Assembly: GCA_002269645.1 (NCBI GenBank)
Contig: NIVC01003728.1
Location: forward strand, 1 to 64,000
DNA: 64,000 nt
Direction: 5' to 3'
Source: Macrostomum lignano
Lineage: Eukaryota
Shown here: piece by piece, positions 50,211 to 61,565 of the stretch
Position numbering within the stretch: position 1 is the first letter of the stretch
How the letters are laid out: each line of letters opens with the position of its first letter
Program-made: the position numbers and the translations under genes
The notes under the pieces: model-generated
The model's database searches: none
What the model saw: the letters and a program-made list of their open reading frames with translations, nothing else
Told to the model about the DNA's origin: nothing

Positions 50211-53200
50211 ACTACTAAGGGATTCCGAATGGCGCGATTTTGGAGGTGAGGTGGGTGTCAACCCTCCTCGCCTCTCATTGGCTGGCGCCCCGATCACTAG
50301 GTGATCGATACCCGTATCGATATCGGCGACTCGAACCCGCGACCCTCCCCAGCCGCAGGCGCACCTACCGATATTAGATCCCAATAAATCAATCAGATCC
50401 CAAATCAATCAGATCCCAAATCAATCAGATCCCAAGCGCACCCTCCCGAGCCGCAGGCGCCCATGCAGCAGGCGCCCATGCCGCAGGCACCCCGAGTGTA
50501 CACTCTCCCGATATGTGTGTACACCGATATGTAGTCATCGATACGGGCCTCTTCCCCTCTCTCACCTACATCTCAACTAGCGAAATCGAACCCAGGTCGC
50601 GCCCATACTAGGACACTACACGGTTGTGGGGTATAGGGAGCGAGAAGTTTCAACCCTAACGCTGACGCAGCCCTGTACAGTGAGAGTGTACGGGCAGAGA
50701 GGGGTGGGGCGGACAGAGAACCAGCCACTAGGTTGTTATACTGTTGAAGCATAGGGAGCGAGAAGTTTTAACCCCGATGCTGACGCAGCCCTGTACACTG
50801 AGCGTGTACGGGCAGAGGGTGGGTGGAAAGAGATGTGAATAACACAGCCTGCTGCAGGAGCCGGATAGAGAGGCGCATGCTAGGACAGAGAGGTAGTGTG
50901 AGTCACACACACCCCACAGAGAAAGCCATACAGAGGATAGAGAGCTCCCTCCCCAGTTGCAGGGGACAGAGAGGCAGGCAGGGTATGCAGGGGCATGCGA
51001 ACCGTCAAGGGGCCACGCGAGGATAGAGTGGAGGAGCAGAGATGTGTTTGGACAGAGAGCCAGCCACGTGTGCGTAGTGTGAGGGAACAGAAACATATGG
51101 AGCAGGAGGGAGATAGGAAGCAAACGCGCAGGGTAAGGGAGCCATGCAGCAGGGAGCAGTGTACAGTGAGACACGGGCAGGGGTGGAGCCGTGCGTGGAC
51201 AGAGCTGAACGGCACGGTCAGCTGCAGGAATAGGATGATAGAGAGGCGCGGAGGGGGACAGAGAGCAGTGTGCAGGGTAGGCAGCCACGCAGGCTGGGGA
51301 ACAGAGAGGCGCGTGTCAGCCAGTTACAGCCCGGGACAGAGAAGTATGAAGGGGGGCCTGGGACAGAGAAGTATGAAGGGGGGCCTGGGACAGAGTTGCG
51401 AGCAAGGCACAGAGAGAGGTAGGGTCCGGTAGCTATGTATAGGCAGGGACCCACGCGAGGGCAGGACAGGGCATGCAAGGCATGCAAATTACATGCAAGG
51501 GCAGTGAGGTGTGCGCGGAGGGAGACAGAGAGCAGTGTGTAGGGGTAGGTAACAGCAAACTTTAGTAGAGGCGCGTGCGGGGACGGAGAAACCAGTCTGA
51601 GCGTACAGAGACGTTACAGAGAGGTACACAAACAGAGACCAAAGCGGGCAGAGCACGTGTAGGGACAGAGACGTGAGGGAGAATAGACCAAAACACGCTA
51701 TGTATTTTCAAAAGTTGGTTTTAGTGCAGCATATTTAATAGCGGGTAGTATAATAGTATGTACATAGTAGGTATAATGGTAGTAATAATAGTAAGTATAT
51801 TAGCCCAAAAGGTAGGCTAAAACAGGCTAAACTGTGTGTACGCATCCTCATCACCCCACAAGCCCCCTCTCCCGCCAGACTCACTCTTCCATACCCTCCT
51901 GTATTGCTGTATGAAGGAAAATATAGTGTAAAAATACAGATCTTAACCGTCAGACCGCTGAAATCAGGGCACACTAGAGGGGTTTCGGGGTCTGCATGCT
52001 CTATGTAAGCTGTTTCAATTATGTTTTGAAAAAACTAGGGGCTTAAATACAACGTTTTATTCAAAAAGTAGGTTATTTTAATGAAATAGCTGACACAATC
52101 ATTGTCGAGAGTAGAAATTTTTATAAGAAACCAGGCATTTTAGCAAAAATAAACCTTCAAACCACATAAAATTGAATAAAAAGCAGACATTTTCAATTAT
52201 AAACCGCAAGTATTTTAATAGAAAAGTAAGCAAACAAGGCACAAAACCAGCAAATTTTACCTTTTTATTTTAATGTTACTGATAAGGTAGAGAGTAGAAA
52301 CTTGTGAGCTGTACGGAGTTAGAAAGTATTAACCATTATGTATCGTATGAATTATTAGTTCAGTACCAGCCATTGGTCAAGCGAGCATTTATGAAGTTAT
52401 TACGAGTGATGAAGGGATAGAGAGCTATATACAGGAAGACAGTATCCTTCTAAACCACCACGAACAGATTGCTAATAGAGATAAGCTTTGTCTGTGTGCA
52501 GTATGAGTAAGCGAAGGCGGGGCAAATACTTTTCCACATGCCGGACAGAACAGTATTGTGCTAGGATTTCTCTCGAAATCACGGTACGTTACTAGTTTTT
52601 ATCACACCATCCAGATGCGTCAACTAGTCAGCAGTAGTCATTTATATGTTATTAGAACTTACAAACCCAGGTCAAGTAAATATTACAAAGAGTATATTAC
52701 GTACACACGCCAACTCCGAATACCAAGCCATACTAGTCTACTTGCAGTGCTCCTGGAGGGAAGGGACGGCGGGGTGTACACCCGGCAGGGTGGGCGTCCA
52801 GCGAGTGTACATCTGACAGGATGGGTGTTCAGCAAGTGTACATCTGACAGGGTGGGCGTTCAGCAAGTGTACCTTCAGCGTCGAGTAGGTGTACACCCGT
52901 CAGTGGGGAACTCCACCCCTCCCACCAATGTCGTGTGCATGCGGTTAGTCAGTATAGTGGTGGGGTAGACGGTGCAGGAAGGAAACCCAGATGCTGACGC
53001 TGCCCTGTACAGCGAGCAACCAGCCCCCTGTAGCAGGAGGGGGACAGAGAGTGCGTGGAGGCAGTAGGAGATAGAGGACGCTACCCGGCATGTCGCAGCA
53101 CGCGGCGCGGGACAGAGGCAGTGTGTAAGTCACCCCCGCGGAGAGAGCTCCCCTGGCAGGAGGCGCGGGACAGAGAGGCGGTGAATCACACCCCACGGAG

Positions 53201-56200
53201 AGAGCCGTACAACGAGCTTCCCCACCCGAGTCCGGTAAATATTACAGAGTATTACGTGCACACACCAGCCCTGAATACCAAGCCATACTAGTCTATCTGC
53301 AGTGCTCCCAGAGGGAAGGGATGGTCAGGAGTTACACACCAAGAATGCATTCATACAAAGAGTACACAACTCGAGCCCAGACACCAAGTCACAGTCTACT
53401 TACAGTAGAGATGGTAGATTAATAGCAAGATTATATTACAATTAGACCTCTCTAGCACATGAGGAGTGAAATTCAATAATAATTGAATTCAATAATAATA
53501 CAACATTTAGACGTAGTAATTTAATTACAAAATACCACTAACACTGAGCCAACGAATTGTAGGTTACAAAGGAGTTGCCACTCATATGGAAAGCCAGTAT
53601 AATGCAGGTGTGTATTATTAAAACATAGACAAAAACGATGCAGACGTATATACACACTATTGATTTTGTACATGTACATTTCGGCATATTACCACACATC
53701 GCGGGCACATATTATATATCGGGGGATAGGTTAAAATACACACATCGTAGATGTAGAAGCAGACACAATGCAGGAAAATTATGATACGAGTGTACATATT
53801 AGTGCGTAAAAGTATCATATTATGACACCCTGTAGCACATATTGACATAATGCAGGGGAAAATATTGACAGAAATAGTACACAATTGTAGAGGTAACAAC
53901 CAGCCAACTAGTAAGGGCATCCAGCACTTGTTCAGGTTTTTTTTATTTCGAGACGAGTGTCATGCCCCCGCAAGAGATCTTATCAGAAATTTGTTGAACT
54001 CCACTGCAACTCTCCCAGAGCCTCCAAATGGAGTTTTAACACTTGAGGGGATCCCGCTCAATGTACAGTGCGGACGGAGAGGGGTAACAGAAAGCGCTGC
54101 ATCAGACCGCGGAGCTGCATTCCTCCCCGAGGTAGGCGCGTCAGCTCCCACTCCTCATTTAACCATCAAGTAAACTAAAGAAGTCAAGCAGAAAGCCTTA
54201 CAATCACCCGCAACCAGCACAAGTAAGAGTACTTTCCACTAGAGAGCCATAGTGCAAGATTCGCGAGCCAAGTTGAAGAAGCACACCAAATTACACTAAA
54301 GACATATGTATTAAAAAGCATACCGGCACCTCTACAAAAACACAGTATGTACCGATTAAAGTTGCTTTTGGTGCAGTGTATTTAATAAAAAGCAGGTACC
54401 TAACACAAAAGTAGGCATCAATGCAGTGCACGGGCTAAACTGTATTTACAAACGCAGGGCAACGAACTACACACAATGTAGCGCATAGACATAATTGTAC
54501 ACATAAATGTACGCAATTTCCGGTATATAGGACCAAATGTACGCAAATGTACACAATGTACACAAACACACACACACTCAGGCGTATTCACAGCAAGAGC
54601 TTCCTGCCGATGGCGCCATCGCCTGCGGCGATCGGTGCTGCAGGATGCGCTGCAGGATGCGCCTGAGTGTGTGTGTGTTTGTGTGCATTGTGTACATTTG
54701 CGTACATTTGGTCCTATATACCGGAGATTGCGTACATTTATGTGTACAATTATGTCTATGCGCTACATTGTGTGTAGTTCGTTGCCCTGCGTTTGTAAAT
54801 ACAGTTTAGCCCGTGCACTGCATTGATGCCTACTTTTGTGTTAGGTACCTGCTTTTTATTAAATACACTGCACCAAAAGCAACTTTAATCGGTACATACT
54901 GTGTTTTTGTAGAGGTGCCGGTATGCTTTTTAATACATATGTCTTTAGTGTAATTTGGTGTGCTTCTTCAACTTGGCTCGCGAATCTTGCACTATGGCTC
55001 TCTAGTGGAAAGTACTCTTACTTGTGCTGGTTGCGGGTGATTGTAAGGCTTTCTGCTTGACTTCTTTAGTTTACTTGATGGTTAAATGAGGAGTGGGAGC
55101 TGACGCGCCTACCTCGGGGAGGAATGCAGCTCCGCGGTCTGATGCAGCGCTTTCTGTTACCCCTCTCCGTCCGCACTGTACATTGAGCGGGATCCCCTCA
55201 AGTGTTAAAACTCCCATTTGGAGGCTCTGGGAGAGTTGCAGTGGAGTTCAACAAATTTCTGATAAGATCTCTTGCGGGGGCATGACACTCGTCTCGAAAT
55301 AAAAAAAACCTGAACAAGTGCTGGATGCCCTTACTAGTTGGCTGGTTGTTACCTCTACAATTGTGTACTATTTCTGTCAATATTTTCCCCTGCATTATGT
55401 CAATATGTGCTACAGGGTGTCATAATATGATACTTTTACGCACTAATATGTACACTCGTATCATAATTTTCCTGCATTGTGTCTGCTTCTACATCTACGA
55501 TGTGTGTATTTTAACCTATCCCCCGATATATAATATGTGCCCGCGATGTGTGGTAATATGCCGAAATGTACATGTACAAAATCAATAGTGTGTATATACG
55601 TCTGCATCGTTTTTGTCTATGTTTTAATAATACACACCTGCATTATACTGGCTTTCCATATGAGTGGCAACTCCTTTGTAACCTACAATTCGTTGGCTCA
55701 GTGTTAGTGGTATTTTGTAATTAAATTACTACGTCTAAATGTTGTATTATTATTGAATTCAATTATTATTGAATTTCACTCCTCATGTGCTAGAGAGGTC
55801 TAATTGTAATATAATCTTGCTATTAATCTACCATCTCTACTGTAAGTAGACTGTGACTTGGTGTCTGGGCTCGAGTTGTGTACTCTTTGTATGAATGCAT
55901 TCTTGGTGTGTAACTCCTGACCATCCCTTCCCTCTGGGAGCACTGCAGATAGACTAGTATGGCTTGGTATTCAGGGCTGGTGTGTGCACGTAATACTCTG
56001 TAATATTTACCGGACTCGGGTGGGGAAGCTCGTTGTACGGCTCTCTCCGTGGGGTGTGATTCACCGCCTCTCTGTCCCGCGCCTCCTGCCAGGGGAGCTC
56101 TCTCCGCGGGGGTGACTTACACACTGCCTCTGTCCCGCGCCGCGTGCTGCGACATGCCGGGTAGCGTCCTCTATCTCCTACTGCCTCCACGCACTCTCTG

Positions 56201-59032
56201 TCCCCCTCCTGCTACAGGGGGCTGGTTGCTCGCTGTACAGGGCAGCGTCAGCATCTGGGTTTCCTTCCTGCACCGTCTACCCCACCACTATACTGACTAA
56301 CCGCATGCACACGACATTGGTGGGAGGGGTGGAGTTCCCCACTGACGGGTGTACACCTACTCGACGCTGAAGGTACACTTGCTGAACGCCCACCCTGTCA
56401 GATGTACACTTGCTGAACACCCATCCTGTCAGATGTACACTCGCTGGACGCCCACCCTGCCGGTGTACACCCCGCCGTCCCTTCCCTCCAGGAGCACTGC
56501 AAGTAGACTAGTATGGCTTGGTATTCGGAGTTGGCGTGTGTACGTAATATACTCTTTGTAATATTTACTTGACCTGGGTTTGTAAGTTCTAATAACATAT
56601 AAATGACTACTGCTGACTAGTTGACGCATCTGGATGGTGTGATAAAAACTAGTAACGTACCGTGATTTCGAGAGAAATCCTAGCACAATACTGTTCTGTC
56701 CGGCATGTGGAAAAGTATTTGCCCCGCCTTCGCTTACTCATACTGCACACAGACAAAGCTTATCTCTATTAGCAATCTGTTCGTGGTGGTTTAGAAGGAT
56801 ACTGTCTTCCTGTATATAGCTCTCTATCCCTTCATCACTCGTAATAACTTCATAAATGCTCGCTTGACCAATGGCTGGTACTGAACTAATAATTCATACG
56901 ATACATAATGGTTAATACTTTCTAACTCCGTACAGCTCACAAGTTTCTACTCTCTACCTTATCAGTAACATTAAAATAAAAAGGTAAAATTTGCTGGTTT
57001 TGTGCCTTGTTTGCTTACTTTTCTATTAAAATACTTGCGGTTTATAATTGAAAATGTCTGCTTTTTATTCAATTTTATGTGGTTTGAAGGTTTATTTTTG
57101 CTAAAATGCCTGGTTTCTTATAAAAATTTCTACTCTCGACAATGATTGTGTCAGCTATTTCATTAAAATAACCTACTTTTTGAATAAAACGTTGTATTTA
57201 AGCCCCTAGTTTTTTCAAAACATAATTGAAACAGCTTACATAGAGCATGCAGACCCCGAAACCCCTCTAGTGTGCCCTGATTTCAGCGGTCTGACGGTTA
57301 AGATCTGTATTTTTACACTATATTTTCCTTCATACAGCAATACAGGAGGGTATGGAAGAGTGAGTCTGGCGGGAGAGGGGGCTTGTGGGGTGATGAGGAT
57401 GCGTACACACAGTTTAGCCTGTTTTAGCCTACCTTTTGGGCTAATATACTTACTATTATTACTACCATTATACCTACTATGTACATACTATTATACTACC
57501 CGCTATTAAATATGCTGCACTAAAACCAACTTTTGAAAATACATAGCGTGTTTTGGTCTATTCTCCCTCACGTCTCTGTCCCTACACGTGCTCTGCCCGC
57601 TTTGGTCTCTGTTTGTGTACCTCTCTGTAACGTCTCTGTACGCTCAGACTGGTTTCTCCGTCCCCGCACGCGCCTCTACTAAAGTTTGCTGTTACCTACC
57701 CCTACACACTGCTCTCTGTCTCCCTCCGCGCACACCTCACTGCCCTTGCATGTAATTTGCATGCCTTGCATGCCCTGTCCTGCCCTCGCGTGGGTCCCTG
57801 CCTATACATAGCTACCGGACCCTACCTCTCTCTGTGCCTTGCTCGCAACTCTGTCCCAGGCCCCCTTCATACTTCTCTGTCCCAGGCCCCCCTTCATACT
57901 TCTCTGTCCCGGGCTGTAACTGGCTGACACGCGCCTCTCTGTTCCCCAGCCTGCGTGGCTGCCTACCCTGCACACTGCTCTCTGTCCCCCTCCGCGCCTC
58001 TCTATCATCCTATTCCTGCAGCTGACCGTGCCGTTCAGCTCTGTCCACGCACGGCTCCACCCCTGCCCGTGTCTCACTGTACACTGCTCCCTGCTGCATG
58101 GCTCCCTTACCCTGCGCGTTTGCTTCCTATCTCCCTCCTGCTCCATATGTTTCTGTTCCCTCACACTACGCACACGTGGCTGGCTCTCTGTCCAAACACA
58201 TCTCTGCTCCTCCACTCTATCCTCGCGTGGCCCCTTGACGGTTCGCATGCCCCTGCATACCCTGCCTGCCTCTCTGTCCCCTGCAACTGGGGAGGGAGCT
58301 CTCTATCCTCTGTATGGCTTTCTCTGTGGGGTGTGTGTGACTCACACTACCTCTCTGTCCTAGCATGCGCCTCTCTATCCGGCTCCTGCAGCAGGCTGTG
58401 TTATTCACATCTCTTTCCACCCACCCTCTGCCCGTACACGCTCAGTGTACAGGGCTGCGTCAGCATCGGGGTTAAAACTTCTCGCTCCCTATGCTTCAAC
58501 AGTATAACAACCTAGTGGCTGGTTCTCTGTCCGCCCCACCCCTCTCTGCCCGTACACTCTCACTGTACAGGGCTGCGTCAGCGTTAGGGTTGAAACTTCT
58601 CGCTCCCTATACCCCACAACCGTGTAGTGTCCTAGTATGGGCGCGACCTGGGTTCGATTTCGCTAGTTGAGATGTAGGTGAGAGAGGGGAAGAGGCCCGT
58701 ATCGATGACTACATATCGGTGTACACACATATCGGGAGAGTGTACACTCGGGGTGCCTGCGGCATGGGCGCCTGCTGCATGGGCGCCTGCGGCTCGGGAG
58801 GGTGCGCTTGGGATCTGATTGATTTGGGATCTGATTGATTTGGGATCTGATTGATTTATTGGGATCTAATATCGGTAGGTGCGCCTGCGGCTGGGGAGGG
58901 TCGCGGGTTCGAGTCGCCGATATCGATACGGGTATCGATCACCTAGTGATCGGGGCGCCAGCCAATGAGAGGCGAGGAGGGTTGACACCCACCTCACCTC
59001 CAAAATCGCGCCATTCGGAATCCCTTAGTAGT
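50211..59032. mobile_element. 8.8-kb non-coding giant palindrome (foldback) element with 6-bp TSD
   Basis: Arms 50211-54584 and 54660-59032 are reverse complements; every ORF in the track is mirrored (coordinate sums ~109243-109245). Ends are ACTACTAAGGG...CCCTTAGTAGT. CTCTTG is duplicated at 50205-50210 and 59033-59038. Confidence 0.92.
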
Positions 59033-59554
59033 CTCTTGTCTACACGACAAAAATTAATAGCTTAATTTCGAGTGATCAGTTCGAAACTTTTCTGTTTAGC
59101 AAAAGTACAAGAACTATCCTAAGTCTCTATTTTCCGCATAATTAGCTGGCTGAAATCAAAACTGGAGAACTAAGCAGAGAGCCTAGATAACTGATCAAGC
59201 TGAGAGAGTTATATGTGCGGGGTTGATTTTTTTATATGCTCTGGCTTTTTGAATTTTTATAATTTTTTTGGTTGATTTTTTTGGAATAGGCATGCATTTA
59301 ATGGTAAGCAATTCATACTAGTAATTTTTTTGGTTCCAGTAGCATAAATTTTCTGTGCATTTTTGGACTCTCATAATTCAGACTTGAAAAGCTATCGCAA
59401 CTGACTACTTACAGTAATCTAAAAGAAACCTAAATTCCCAATTTAGAAATCTAAACGGCGCAACTCGATTCTATTATTTTGTTACAATTTGCCATTTACC
59501 AGCCATCACTACCGGTGAGCACTTTACCACTTCCTACCGGCTAGTGTTTACCAT

Positions 59555-59572
59555 ATCCCACCGCTGCCACCA
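59555..59572 (-). other. Primer binding site complementary to the 3' end of tRNA-Leu
   Basis: Plus strand ATCCCACCGCTGCCACCA equals the recalled 3' 18 nt (including CCA) of metazoan tRNA-Leu; 2 nt from the 5' LTR edge. Confidence 0.85.
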
Positions 59573-59574
59573 TT

Positions 59575-61565
59575 TGATGGGTTTCGACCTTTCAGGCCCC
59601 TTGTGAGGAAAGCCTTCGGGCCTCAGGCCTCAGAAATAAATCACTTAGAGACCTGGCCCCCCACTCCTGTCAGATGGTCAGCCCCATGGTAGCTTGATCG
59701 TGTGGCGAGCAGTCTAGGTCCTATAGCTAAGAGAGGGACAGCGAGAGACAAGCAGGGAGAATTTTGAAGGTAGAAATTAGCTAATCCGCAGACTAAGCTA
59801 ACTCGCTGCCACCAGCCCGTGCGTCCTGGCTCACCACACCGGGACTCTCGAAATCGGGCTTCCGACTAGAAGGGGCTTTGCACTTACCTGCCGACTAGTG
59901 TCTTTTTGCTGTCAATCTCGAAGTCATAGCCGATGATAAGGGACACTGCTGGGACTAGATCGCATTGGCCATGCAGGTACAGAGGGGACTTGTGCAGGGG
60001 ATTCTTGCAGTGGCGAGTCTATGGGGTAGCTACATGTACTATTACATTGCTAAATACGAAGATATGTACTTTTGGCCTTCAACGCGCCAACTAGCCTCTC
60101 ATAGCGCTGATGATAGACTAACTCGAACTTTAGAGATCTCGCATGATTCATTACCCGAGCCGCTTGGCTAACCTAGAGTGCACAAAGTACATCTCTGGCG
60201 CCGATTCTGCACTTCTGGCAGTTTTGTTCACTGATTTGGTAGATTGATAGACTGAGAACTGCCTTGCCATTGGTCCACTGTGACCGGCGCCTACTAGCTT
60301 AGCTACTCATCTGAGCCATCGGCGAACAAAGAAATAAAACCGATAAAAATGACTGTTAGATTTAACCTTCTCCTTAGTTCACTTCACACTTCAGATTGAA
60401 TTGGAGTTTTAGACTACTAGCAGTATTATTGAATGATTTCTGCCTCAGCAACAGCACTACTGAACAAAATGAGCAAAAGTGTGCGCCTAATCCAGCTACT
60501 GAAACAGGAGACAGACAGGGAATCACCCAATCAAGCAAGTCTAGGTAGCCTCTCACCCAACCAATCAGAAACTCAACAGCCGGAGACCAGGTAATCCACA
60601 GTGACCGAATCGGCTTGATGCTCTGTAGCTGTAGACTCGGGATGATGCTGATACAATCTTCGCTAATAGCTAGCAGGTGATGATCTTCGCTTGATGTTCG
60701 CTGCTGACGACCGGGGGATTCGTCCTTGATGATGATGGGGGGAAGTCGCAATCCGGGGATCAAGAAACGACGGTCGCGCTCCGGGAACCAGAAGTTGCGT
60801 GCTGGACCCGAGCAAGAGTTGCGTCCGAGCGGGCCAAAAACTCCGGTTTAAATAGCCGCCAACTGGACCGCAGTTTGTTATAATGGAACACGTCGATTCT
60901 GATTGGCTGAGCCGTTTTGTTAAAATGAGCGCCGAATTTTCTGATTGGCTAAGCTTGTTGCTACCCAGAATCACGTGACCGAGAGATCCTATCAGTTCCC
61001 ACAGGGTCGTAAAAAGATGACAGGTGCGGCCATAAATCACTCAAAGTCGCAACAAAATGATTTATGACTTTTCGCGTAGGATTGACAGAAATTAATGAAA
61101 AATATACATTAGAAAGCTCTTATTAAATAGAAAGTGAAGATAATGAAGAGAAATTGCTAATCGCTAATCCCAAAGTACTTTTAGGGGTAAAACGCATAGC
61201 TGTCAAAGCTGTCACACGCTTGAGTGAATCCGAACAATAGGCTCCGACCTCGTAAATCTTGATGGCCTGTCAAAATGATGAGAAAAAAGCTACCGCCCGC
61301 ATCCTCTCAGACCATCTGGCGCCCGCCTCAACACTGAGTGAGGCGCAGGTGGCTGTCAGACCAACTTCGGAAGCGATGATTTACGACCCAAAAAGCTACG
61401 CCTATGTTATTATGACTACTAGTATGGCCAGACATTATATCTAGTATAGATTCTATGACAATTTGCAGAAAAAGGATAAAAATGCCCCTTGCCCACTGTT
61501 AGTAGGCAAGTAAGTTTAGAGCCCATGTGCTAGCGCGGGATTTGGGAAAAAGTGCGTCCTCATCA
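59575..61565 (-). repeat. 5' LTR (1991 bp)
   Basis: Adjacent to the PBS; direct repeat of 42422..44412. Confidence 0.95.
60840..60980 (-). promoter_or_regulatory. U3 promoter of the LTR (also present at 43690-43825)
   Basis: On the minus strand, in order: E-box CACGTG, two AGCCAATCAG CCAAT boxes 42 bp apart, then TATTTAAA; orientation matches gag. Confidence 0.65.

Larger units (their letters stand above)
42422..61565 (-). mobile_element. LTR retrotransposon (Ty3/gypsy-like), gag+protease only, carrying a nested 8.8-kb palindrome
   Basis: Two 1991-bp direct repeats with TGATG...CATCA ends; 4-bp TSD GAAT (42418-42421 and 61566-61569); PBS, PPT, gag and pro all on the minus strand. Confidence 0.95.

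Noticed and set aside
50211-59032. Palindrome as a missed-adapter or fold-back read artefact
   Set aside because: The centre is not an adapter sequence, both outer flanks are unique, and they carry a 6-bp direct duplication; still needs read-level confirmation
50157-59065. Mirrored ORFs of 60-186 aa in the palindrome arms
   Set aside because: No recognisable domain, low-complexity composition and overlap on both strands; duplicated only because of the symmetry
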